Assembly (NCBI GenBank): GCA_963777155.1
Contig: CAVZPM010000025.1
Span: 1-29,697, forward strand
From: Candidatus Bathyarchaeota archaeon
GTDB lineage: Archaea > Thermoproteota > Bathyarchaeia > Bathyarchaeales > Bathycorpusculaceae
Reading direction: 5' to 3'
Length of the DNA: 29,697 nucleotides
Shown piece after piece: positions 21,068 to 29,697 of this stretch. Position 1 is the stretch's first letter. Each line of letters starts with the position of its first letter. Under the pieces are notes generated by a model. It was not told where the DNA came from. It did not search any database and saw nothing but the letters and a program-made list of their open reading frames with translations. Position numbers and translations under genes: made by a program.

Positions 21068-21217
21068 CGAGAAAATAGCCATCCAAGAGGTACACCCCAC
21101 GCTTGACGGGTCAGCCGTTAACCATGACATACGTCACTACTGCCCTAAAGAAGGATTAGGGAACTATTCTTGATGGATGTCTTAGGTTAGCACTGGCGGT
21201 CCGTCAAGCCTACTTTT
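21068..21217 (+). ncRNA. Putative structured non-coding RNA (rod-like multi-helix hairpin); ends approximate
   Basis: Nested helices across 21101-21209 total 38 bp with four G-U pairs. TATA-like TTTATAGT at 21039-21046 and a T-tract right after the stem. No family assignment. Confidence 0.6.
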
Positions 21218-21302
21218 GGTTACTTTATTTATAGTATAATCAAGCAGTTTTCAATACATAATTTATTAAGGCAAGATGCCATGCTTCCTTTCGTGAGTAC
21301 CT

Positions 21303-21656
21303 TTGAGTTATAAAGACCGCATGCACCCCAAAGTCAGCAGGGCAGAAATCGAAGTTTTCAAATCCCTAAGCATGTCCGGATTAACCAGCGGCATGGTAAC
21401 ACAGCAACCCATTATCCTAAAATCAACCATTCCCGACTTTTGCTGGATGGAAAAACGCAAAATCGTCTACTTAGATGGTAACCCAGTTCATAGAAAAGAC
21501 AAACAAATCGAACGTGATGAGGAAATCGATAATCTTCTAATTGCTCAAGGCTGGGATGTACTCAGAATTCCCTACGATCCGCCCTTAACTGATAAGGGAC
21601 TGCAGGGAATCATGGCGACCATAAAGCGTTTTCTAAACGTCGATGAGGAAGAGTAG
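21303..21656 (+). CDS. DUF559 / Vsr-like PD-(D/E)xK endonuclease domain protein
   Basis: SRAE, IPDFCW, IVYLDGNPVH, RDEEIDNLL..QGWDVLRI match the DUF559/Vsr pattern. TATA-like TTTATTAA at 21262-21269. Confidence 0.8.
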   Translation: MSYKDRMHPKVSRAEIEVFKSLSMSGLTSGMVTQQPIILKSTIPDFCWMEKRKIVYLDGNPVHRKDKQIERDEEIDNLLIAQGWDVLRIPYDPPLTDKGLQGIMATIKRFLNVDEEE

Positions 21657-21759
21657 AACCGGTTTTTCCTCTTTTCCTCAATTCTTTTTTTGAAATAACG
21701 CTGACCTTTTTTTAGATTGACTTTCATTTTTTTATCCAAAATTGTATTATTAATGAATT

Positions 21760-21874
21760 TGGCGCCGGGAGGGGGATTTGAACCCCCGTGGCCCCGAGAG
21801 GCCACAAGCTGATTGGTGCTTGCTTTATGCAAACATCTCCAGGCTTGCTCCCTGCCTGGCTAGGAGACCCCGGC
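21760..21874 (-). tRNA. tRNA-Ser(GGA) with a 26-nt intron at 37/38 (21811-21836) and encoded CCA
   Basis: Acceptor stem GCCGGGG/TCCCGGC, G73, anticodon stem CAAGC/GCTTG with CT-GGA-G^A, long variable arm TGGCCTCTCGGGGCCA, GGTTCAAATCC, and a bulge-helix-bulge-like splice motif. Confidence 0.93.
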
Positions 21875-22046
21875 AACAAAACTGCAATCCATTGGTTTGC
21901 ACCTTTTCTCTGACTTTTGCAGAATTTAAAGCTTTATCGAAAAATACTCTCTTTATTTCATAGTTTGATCGCTTAATGCTTTCATTTAAGAAATAGAATG
22001 GTTTTGAAACAAGGTTCTTTGTGAAACTGTAAACGTAAACATATTT

Positions 22047-23836
22047 TTACATGGTGCCTGCCCAGAACGGAATCTTTTTGCGCATCATGTTAACGTATTC
22101 CTTAAGCAAATCTTGCTCTTCCGCAGTTAAATCATCCAAATGAGAAGTCAACAACGTCTGTGCATCTTTCTCAGGAACTTTAACGTACAAAACATCCCGT
22201 TCAAATACGTGCCTGCCCGCAATGGGTTTATCCATCGAAATCGCCACCTGCATCCCAGCTTTTGCTTCGCCGATTGCTTTGCCCTTGTCTTGAATTTGCC
22301 CTATTTCACCCAAATCTGAACCATCTTCTTTGCGTATGAGCGAAACTTTGGGTTTTATTCTACCGCCCAGGACTTCAACGCCTAAAACCACTGGTTTAGC
22401 ACGGTGGAAAATACAGTTTGGCAGCACTGTGACTTTACCAGGTTTGATTAGTGCGTCGAATTCGGCTTCGCTTTTTGCTTCGCGTTTGTTCTTTGCCCAT
22501 TCCATGTAGTTGTCGATCAGATTGTAGATGATTGGGTCTCGGAAGATTTTGATGCCGTTTGCTTCAGCTTCGATTTCAGCGTCAGGCAGGACTTTTACGC
22601 CAAACGCTAAGACTGCCCCAACTAAGGGTTGGCGTGTCTTCACTACGGATGCTTCGATTACGTCGCGTTTGCTGATGTCGCCGATGTCTGCGATGCGGAC
22701 TTGGATGTTGTTAGCTTTCAGAATTTCCGCCATAGCTTCAAGTGAACCTAACGTGTCTGCTTTGACAATGACGCCGTCGATTTCCTTTGTAATTCGGATT
22801 CTGCCGATTTCTTCTGTGATGAGTTTGCAGTATTTTGCTACGTCTTCGCCCTCTGGTACAGCAAGCAGTGGTGCTCCAGCCAATGCGTCACCTAAATCCG
22901 GAGCCAACGATCTTCACACCCGCACTCGCGTAAACACAGTCGACACTGGTGAATTTATCACGTGGATCACGCATCTCATCAAGCGGCTTAGGCACTAATA
23001 ATTGTTCGTACGCGTGCTGAGATTGGGCCGTTTTTGCCGCCGACCACAACCAAATCGTCCTTGTGCAGTGTACCATCGTAGATAATCGTGTTTAGTGTTA
23101 AACCTAAGCCGGGTTCTTCTTTAACTTCTAAAATGGAGCCTTTTGCAGCGCCATCGGTGGTTTGTAGCCTCTTTGTAAGGAATTGCTGGGTTAATCCGAC
23201 TAGAACCATGACTAATTCTGATAAGCCTTCGCCTGTTTTGGCGCTGGTTGGGACTAACGCGACGTTTTGTGTGAAGTCACGGATGTGGTCGAATCGGTCG
23301 GTTTTAAATTGGAGGCGGCTGAAGTCGCCCATGATTTGGTATAGGCGGTTGTTGACTTCTTCTTGGACAAAAGTAGATTGGGCAGCGTAAGATTTCAGGA
23401 AGGGTGCGCCTTGTTCAGCTTTCCAGCCGGGGATGCGGTCAATCTGGTTAACGGCTACGATGAAGGGGGTTTTACGTGCTTTGAGGATTTCTATGCATTC
23501 AAAGGTTTGTGCTTCAAACCCACGTACTGCGTTGACTACTAGGATTGCTATATCTGCAACACTTCCGCCTCTGCGTCTAAGGTTAGTGAATGCTTCATGT
23601 CCCGGTGTGTCAACGATGAGTAACCCGGGGATTTCGATGCCCGTTTTAAAGTTGCCCATGTATGGTCCGATGAGTTGTTTTAGGGTTTCTACTGGGAAAA
23701 AGCTTGCACCGATGTGCTGGGTCATTCCTCCAGCTTCTCGAAGTTGGACATTGGTTTTTCGCAGTTCGTCAAGAAGTGAGGTTTTGCCTGCATCAACATG
23801 TCCTAGGACACAGACTATTGGTTGGCGTATGGGCAA
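22047..23836 (-). CDS. infB: Translation initiation factor aIF5B/IF-2 (~595 aa restored), two +1 frameshifts near 23000 and 22907
   Basis: [58 protein letters not shown] across three consecutive ORFs. Confidence 0.95.
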
Positions 23837-23989
23837 CTTGTTTTTCTCCTTTACAATTCTATGGGAAATAGATTCTATCTCGTTATCGGTTAATAAATCC
23901 GCTCATTTTATTTTGTGTTTGGGTCGCATTTTTTAGTTTTGTTTGTTTTGGCAAAGCTTTTATTTCTTAGATATCTTCTGGAGTGTTAG

Positions 23990-24316
23990 GTGAATTGTTT
24001 GCCTTTCTGTGTAAAATGTGGTGCACCACTAAAAGGAAGCGATAAGTTTTGTGCTATTTGTGGTGCTGCTGCGCCAAGGTTAACCAGTGAAGAATACAAG
24101 GTTTCAGGCAAAGAAGTTGTCGACCGTGTCGGCGAATTGCTACATGAAGGAAACGTAACACGCATTATCGTTAAGGATGATGCTGGCAAAACTTTGTTGG
24201 AGATTCCTGCAACTGTGGGTGTTGTTGGGGTGGTCTTGGCTCCTTGGTTGGCGGCTCTAGGAGTAATTGCCGCTTTAGTTACTAACTGCCGTATTGTGGT
24301 GGAAAGAAGGGAATAA
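23990..24316 (+). CDS. Zinc-ribbon plus DUF4342 domain protein
   Basis: FCVKCG...KFCAICG ribbon, followed by EEYKVSG..VVDRV.ELLHEGNVTRIIVK...LLEIP (DUF4342). Confidence 0.85.
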   Translation: MNCLPFCVKCGAPLKGSDKFCAICGAAAPRLTSEEYKVSGKEVVDRVGELLHEGNVTRIIVKDDAGKTLLEIPATVGVVGVVLAPWLAALGVIAALVTNCRIVVERRE

Positions 24317-24321
24317 AGGGT

Positions 24322-24534
24322 TTATTCAGGTGGTTTAACCAGAAGCAGGAAAATACCTAAAAGAACCAAAATCACGCTTAAGGCTCCAAAAAGTACGCCG
24401 AATGGTCCCAATGAATCAGTGCCTGAGCTGCTTGTAGCTGTGAAATAAAGCATTACTGCACCAATTATTATCAAAAATAAACCGAAGAGTCTTTCGGCTA
24501 AAGATACCCAGAATGTGTCGCCTTCTTCACTCAT
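24322..24534 (-). CDS. Small two-TM membrane protein
   Basis: 70-aa ORF with two clear hydrophobic helices. Confidence 0.7.
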   Translation of the reverse strand: MSEEGDTFWVSLAERLFGLFLIIIGAVMLYFTATSSSGTDSLGPFGVLFGALSVILVLLGIFLLLVKPPE

Positions 24535-25271
24535 GTCTTATTTTCTTCCTTGCGTGTTTTCTTATGTGTTTCTTTCATATAAACAATAGGAGTTATTTTA
24601 AATTTTGGTGAGAAAATAAGGAATAATTAGAAGTATATTTATTACCGACTATTATAACATATTTGATTAAAATAAGGCTAAATTAGGGAGTTTTTTATAA
24701 TAGTAGTTGAAAACAGTGTATCCGTTAAATTTAGCTAAATGAACAAGAAAAAACTATTTAACGCCCCATATGACAACAACCCCCCCAAAAAAACAAAACT
24801 CAGAACACAACCACAAAAAAAGAGGTGTGAACGCAAAACTTCACAGACAACAACCAAAAGAAAACTAAAAAAACATTGCCTTTGACTTGAATTATCAGAT
24901 ACCAAAGAAACTTCTGACAAGTGACAAAAGAAAAAAATGCTGTTTATCCCACAAATCCTTCTTTTTAAAACAAGATCGTAAGAATCAGAAAGGTTAGGTT
25001 TTTTCGGGTCAGTGTTGATTGACGTTTTCTCACAGCTTTGGGCTCGAAGCCGTCGCCTTACATCATTCCCACTTTAATAGTTTGTGTGGATTTTATCTAT
25101 TTTGATTTAGAAGAAGACCTAATCAAAAAAATTTAGTAGAAAAATCGGGTGTAAAGCATGTTTTACTTAAGAGTACGTTTGAGTTTAACGTCAGTTGACG
25201 AATCTAAACGCTTAAACCACCCCAAGGGTAGGGTAGCTTATACGGCTTATTTGTGGAGGTGAAAAAAGGAA

Positions 25272-25340
25272 ATGATATTCGAAGAAGAAGATGAATGGGA
25301 AGAAGGCGAAGATGAAGAATGGGAAGAGGAAGAATGGTAA
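25272..25340 (+). CDS. 22-aa poly-acidic Trp-repeat micropeptide; not in the ORF track
   Basis: MIFEEEDEWEEGEDEEWEEEEW*. SD GGAGGTGA at 25255-25262 and a T-rich terminator-like tract from about 25361. Confidence 0.7.
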   Translation: MIFEEEDEWEEGEDEEWEEEEW

Positions 25341-25482
25341 ACTAAACCCGTAGAACCACACTTTTTTGATTTTTCTTGTTAAGATCATTAGATTTTGCTC
25401 AGATATTTGGAGTTACTTTTAATAACCTTTATTTTAGGTTTACATTTATACTACTATCTTATTGGCATTATACACGCTCCCC

Positions 25483-27324
25483 ATGACTCGAATTGCCGTA
25501 TTAGAAGAAGAAAAATGCAAAGTCAAGAAATGCAATTCACTATGCGTTAGCTTCTGCCCAATGGTTCGCAGCAAAGTGGAAGCCATACGCGTTGAAGGCA
25601 ACAAAGCCATAATAGCAGAAACACTTTGTAGCGGCTGCGGGATATGCGTTAAAAAATGCCCATTTAAAGCCATCAGCATAGTTAACCTGCCCGATGAATT
25701 GGAGAAGGATTGCAGTCACCGCTTCAGCGCCAACAGCTTCAAACTTTTCCGCTTGCCCATGCCTTCACCAGGGACTGTTTTAGGGTTGCTTGGTCAAAAC
25801 GGCATAGGCAAAAGCACTACGCTTAAGGTTTTTTCTGGCGAAATCAAACCCAACCTCGGCAGGTTCGATGACCCGCCTGAATGGTCAGAAATTATCCAGT
25901 ATTATCGGGGTTCAAGTCTACAGGATTACTTCCAAAAACTGAGCGAGAAGAAACTCAAAGTAAGCAGCAAACCTCAGTACGTCGATAAAATTCCCAAGGC
26001 GATATCAGGCAAAGCTGGCGAGCTCTTGGAAAAAGTCGATGAGCGTAAACAGTTGGATGCGATCGCTGAAGAGTTAGAGCTTAAGAAGATTTGGGATCGG
26101 CCACTCGATGTGCTCAGTGGCGGGGAACTTCAGCGTGTAGCAGTTGCGGCGGCGCTTAGTCGTGAAGCAGATGTGTACCTTTTCGATGAACCCTCCAGCT
26201 ACTTAGACGTGAAGCAGCGACTTGTGGTTGCAAGAGCCATTCGAACCCTCAAAGAACAACAAAAAACAATTGTTGTAGCTGAACACGATTTAGCCATCAT
26301 CGACTACTTATCTGATCAAATCTGCGTCTTCTACGGTGAACCAAGCGTCTACGGCGTCGTTTCACACACCCATGGCGTCCGAACAGGCATCAACATTTAC
26401 CTACAAGGTTACATCCCCGACGAAAACATAATGTTCCGAAAAGAAGCCATAGTCTTCCACGAGAAACCACCTAATGCAGGAGAAATGGTTGGGGTGCCCC
26501 TCCTCAAATGGGACAAAATGGAGAAAACATTCAAAGGCTTCAAACTTGCCATTGAACCCGGCGAAATACGAACAGGCGAAATCATCGGCATCCTTGGACC
26601 AAACGGCATCGGAAAAACTACTTTTGTCAAAATTTTAGCCGGCTTAGAGGAAACTGACGATAAACGTCAACTGAGCAAGTTAACTGTAAGCTACAAACCC
26701 CAATACATCGCGCCTGACTACGAAGGCACAGTGCAAGAATTACTCATGAATGTCGCGAAAGAAAACTTTACCTCAAGCTGGTACAAAACCGAAATCGCCC
26801 AGCCACTTCGTCTTCAGGTCTTAATGGACAAAAACGTGATGGAACTCAGCGGTGGAGAACTGCAAAAAGTCGCCATCGCCGCATGTCTCAGCCGAAAAAC
26901 AGACCTATTCCTACTTGACGAGCCAAGCGCGTACTTGGACGTTGAGGAACGCTTAAACGTGGCAAAAACTCTGCGGCGCGTAGTCGAAGCCCACGGTATC
27001 CCAGCATTCGTAGTTGAACACGACGTAGTAACCCAAGACTTCATTGCTGATCGATTGATGGTTTTCAACGGTGAACCAGGCGTGAACGGCTTAGCACATC
27101 CTCCAACCAGCCTAAGACAAGGCATGAACACTTTCCTCAAAGAAATGGACATTACTTTCCGGCGAGACTCTGTTACTTTCCGCCCCCGAGTAAACAAAGA
27201 AGACTCGCAGATGGATAAGTTCCAGAAGGGCATCGGCGAATACTACTACACCAAAACCGTCAAACCCGAAAAACAAGAAACAAAACCTGAAAAGAAAGAA
27301 ACCCATAAACAACCAAAAAAATAA
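25483..27324 (+). CDS. rli: Ribosome recycling ATPase ABCE1/RLI
   Basis: N-terminal 2x[4Fe-4S] domain (CKVKKCNSLCVSFCP; CSGCGICVKKCP) and two NBDs (GQNGIGKST, GPNGIGKTT, LSGGELQ twice), FRRD/RPRVNK hinge. ATG 25483 (MTRIAV) preferred as start. Confidence 0.97.
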   Translation: MTRIAVLEEEKCKVKKCNSLCVSFCPMVRSKVEAIRVEGNKAIIAETLCSGCGICVKKCPFKAISIVNLPDELEKDCSHRFSANSFKLFRLPMPSPGTVLGLLGQNGIGKSTTLKVFSGEIKPNLGRFDDPPEWSEIIQYYRGSSLQDYFQKLSEKKLKVSSKPQYVDKIPKAISGKAGELLEKVDERKQLDAIAEELELKKIWDRPLDVLSGGELQRVAVAAALSREADVYLFDEPSSYLDVKQRLVVARAIRTLKEQQKTIVVAEHDLAIIDYLSDQICVFYGEPSVYGVVSHTHGVRTGINIYLQGYIPDENIMFRKEAIVFHEKPPNAGEMVGVPLLKWDKMEKTFKGFKLAIEPGEIRTGEIIGILGPNGIGKTTFVKILAGLEETDDKRQLSKLTVSYKPQYIAPDYEGTVQELLMNVAKENFTSSWYKTEIAQPLRLQVLMDKNVMELSGGELQKVAIAACLSRKTDLFLLDEPSAYLDVEERLNVAKTLRRVVEAHGIPAFVVEHDVVTQDFIADRLMVFNGEPGVNGLAHPPTSLRQGMNTFLKEMDITFRRDSVTFRPRVNKEDSQMDKFQKGIGEYYYTKTVKPEKQETKPEKKETHKQPKK

Positions 27325-27822
27325 CTTTTCTTTTTTTAGTCGTTCTCTTTTCAACAACAGGAGCTGGAGAAGATCCTGAGCTGCAGAAAGCTTATAGGGA
27401 ATTTATTCTCTTAGAGTTAGCCACGACAGATAAAGCTTCATTGATTGTGAAGCTGCGGCCAATCTTGGTGCAGATTGAAACTCAAATCAGAAATGAAGAA
27501 TAAATTATCTTAGTTTTCTACGGTCATCAAGAGCACATCTTGCTTAACGAAAATGATTTAACACAAACGCTTGTGAAACTTCCGAACTCAAAAAGACAGA
27601 GCTTTAACTTCGGAAATAATCATCTGTTCGCTCTTTCTGAGCGATTGATTTCACAGAACAAGCCTCTATTATACATGTTTAAAGCAAAAATAACCATTCA
27701 GACATTTACAGATCACTTTTAGAACAAGAGGTTTCTCCTCAAAGTGCAGTTAACTTAAAGAACAAGCAACAAATATACTTAGCACTCGCAACTAAAAACG
27801 GGGAAAGTGGTGTAAGCAACAA

Positions 27823-29349
27823 GTGGCTCAAGCAACCTTCGAAGAAATCAGTGCATCAGACTTTTTCTACCGAAATCGAGACATCGCAGGCTTAACCAAC
27901 CCATCACGCAGCATTTTCGTCGCCATCAGAGAAGTCGTAGAAAACTCTCTTGACGCAGCGGAAAGCCATAAAATTCCCCCAGACATTTACGTGCGCTTAT
28001 CCTTCGAAGCAGAAGCAACCAAAGACACCCAAATCTACAAACTCCGCGTCGAAGACAACGGCTCAGGAATCCCACCACGTTTCATACCCTCAGCTTTTGG
28101 TCAGGTCCTATACGGCAGCAAATACAAGCTTAAACAAGCCAGAGGTACCTTCGGTTTAGGCGGCAAAATGGCGGTTCTATATGGACAAATCACAACCCAC
28201 CAACCCGTCTTTGTCACCTCGAGCACTGGGCAAGAAAAAATCTACAGTTTCAAATTAATGATTGATATCCAGCGGAACAAACCCATAATCTTAGACCGCA
28301 AAGTCCAAATTAACAAAGACCAATGGCGAGGAACAATAATCGAGTTCACTCTTGAAGGCGACTACCTGCGAGCCATGCCAAAAATAATCGAGTACTTCAA
28401 GCAAACCGCCATGGTTAATCCTTATGCAAACCTAACTTTTGTTGATCCAAAAGGAAGACTCTACAAGTTCACAAGGGCAACCACCATTATGCCCGAGCCT
28501 CCAAAAGAAACCATGCCTCACCCATACGGTGTGGACGTGGAACTTTTACAGCGGCTTATCCAACTTACAGAAACCAACAATATGTCTAGTTTTCTAAGGG
28601 GGCATTTCCATCGTGTGGGCGAAATTACTGCTCAAAAATTCCTTGAGTTCGCAGGCATCCCCCCGAACAAAAGCCCCAAAAAACTATCCCATGAAGAAAT
28701 CGTTCGTTTGATGCAGAACCTCAAAAAATACAAGGACTTTCTGCCTCCGGATGCAAGTTGTCTCTCACCCCTTGGCGAAGAGCTTCTCAAGGCAGGTGTA
28801 ATGAAAGAACTAAACCCCGAGTACCTTGTGGTGCATCAACGTAAGCCGTCAACTTATGCAGGTCACCCATTCATAGTGGAGATGGCTATGGCTTACGGCG
28901 GAAACATTCCCAAACGAGGTAACTTTGTGGTTTACCGTTTCGCAAACAAAATCCCCCTGCTCTATGATGAAGCAAGCGATGTTTCCTACCGTGTTATCTC
29001 AGCGATGAACTGGCGACGCTACAAAGTCACGCCTGAAATGCCCGTTGCTATCGTTATCCACATTTGCAGTACCAAAGTTCCCTACAAAACCGTGGGCAAA
29101 GAATTCATCTCCGACCGCCCTGAGGTAAGGCGTGAAGAAGCAAACGCAATGCGTGAGGTTGCACGTCAACTGCAGCATTTCCTAGCCAGACAAGAACACG
29201 TGCACAACGAGAAGAAACGATTAGGCATCTTCAGCAAGTACTTACCCAAAATCGCTGAATTCTCAACTACATTAGCTGGCAAAACACAGAAGCCAGACAT
29301 AGAAAAATTACTGAAGAGTGTACAGAAGTATGGCGCAGAAGAAAGTTAA
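27823..29349 (+). CDS. top6B: DNA topoisomerase VI subunit B
   Basis: EVVENSLDA, VEDNGSGIP, QARGTFGLG (GHKL fold), RFANKIPLLYD, KVPYKTVGKE. Confidence 0.97.
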   Translation: MAQATFEEISASDFFYRNRDIAGLTNPSRSIFVAIREVVENSLDAAESHKIPPDIYVRLSFEAEATKDTQIYKLRVEDNGSGIPPRFIPSAFGQVLYGSKYKLKQARGTFGLGGKMAVLYGQITTHQPVFVTSSTGQEKIYSFKLMIDIQRNKPIILDRKVQINKDQWRGTIIEFTLEGDYLRAMPKIIEYFKQTAMVNPYANLTFVDPKGRLYKFTRATTIMPEPPKETMPHPYGVDVELLQRLIQLTETNNMSSFLRGHFHRVGEITAQKFLEFAGIPPNKSPKKLSHEEIVRLMQNLKKYKDFLPPDASCLSPLGEELLKAGVMKELNPEYLVVHQRKPSTYAGHPFIVEMAMAYGGNIPKRGNFVVYRFANKIPLLYDEASDVSYRVISAMNWRRYKVTPEMPVAIVIHICSTKVPYKTVGKEFISDRPEVRREEANAMREVARQLQHFLARQEHVHNEKKRLGIFSKYLPKIAEFSTTLAGKTQKPDIEKLLKSVQKYGAEES

Positions 29350-29697
29350 GATAACTGAAAGAAAACAAGAGGTCCTTAAGGGACTTAAGAACTTTGGCAC
29401 TAGCATTTACAATCAACTAGACCAAGGTGTCTTCCCAACAGTGAGCATGCCCAGCCGCTCCACTGAAAACATCAACTACGATTCAACACTGCGCCAGTAC
29501 ATTTTAGGCGAAAAAAACGTCGACAGAAGCACCAGAAACATTCGCCATATTAAACCCTTCACACAGCTAGCTTGGGTTGCACTATTCAGCAATGAACTTA
29601 CCAGTCAGCGTAAAACCTCAACTTTGAGAGATGTCTATTACTCGGCACAAGCTTACGAGATGACCTTTGCTGATCAGCAGGAATCAAACAACATCAT
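29330..29697 (+). CDS. top6A: DNA topoisomerase VI subunit A, 3'-truncated by the window edge
   Basis: ATG 29330 overlaps the top6B end: MAQKKVK...MPSRSTENINYD...KTSTLRDVYYSA (catalytic Tyr motif)...QQESN. Open to the window end. Confidence 0.92.
   Translation, partial: MAQKKVKITERKQEVLKGLKNFGTSIYNQLDQGVFPTVSMPSRSTENINYDSTLRQYILGEKNVDRSTRNIRHIKPFTQLAWVALFSNELTSQRKTSTLRDVYYSAQAYEMTFADQQESNNI

Noticed and set aside
21182-21190. TTAGGTTAG resembling a DtxR half-site
   Set aside because: There is no matching palindromic arm; it is better explained as the 3' strand of the RNA stem.
21572-21963. ORFs 21572-21832 (-) and 21778-21963 (+)
   Set aside because: Both overlap the tRNA-Ser gene and have no recognisable motifs.
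24735-24920. A/C-rich stretch with a minus-strand 61-aa ORF and a plus-strand Lys-rich ORF from 24739
   Set aside because: Low-complexity composition explains the open frames. No periodic repeat or SD support.
1-29697. CRISPR arrays, IS elements, inteins, rRNA
   Set aside because: No regularly spaced direct repeats, transposase ORFs or rRNA signatures. infB, lonC and top6B have normal lengths without intein motifs.

Overview
Archaeal chromosomal segment, probably Bathyarchaeia or another TACK lineage (inferred from gene content and style, not from a search). It is mostly housekeeping: MEMO1-like protein, thiL, trmY, a SAMP/MoaD protein, a B12 radical SAM enzyme, a GT2 glycosyltransferase, NifU, a DtxR-FeoA regulator with feoB, glyA, serA, dph6 coupled to a glutamine amidotransferase, a LonC-type protease, aIF5B, ABCE1 and top6B/top6A. 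There are three tRNAs: Thr-CGT, Pro-TGG and an intron-containing Ser-GGA. Six genes are split by eight single-base insertions, most likely assembly errors. The most interesting elements are absent from the ORF track: (1) a ~150-nt rod-like structured RNA candidate with its own TATA box, directly upstream of a DUF559/Vsr-like nuclease gene; (2) a tRNA-Thr with a co-varied non-canonical elbow (A18, A54, G55); (3) a 22-aa poly-acidic Trp-repeat micropeptide with a strong SD upstream of ABCE1; (4) a 39-aa Cys/His-rich microprotein; (5) twin palindromic operators upstream of the DtxR-feoB operon. No CRISPR array, transposase or integrase was seen.
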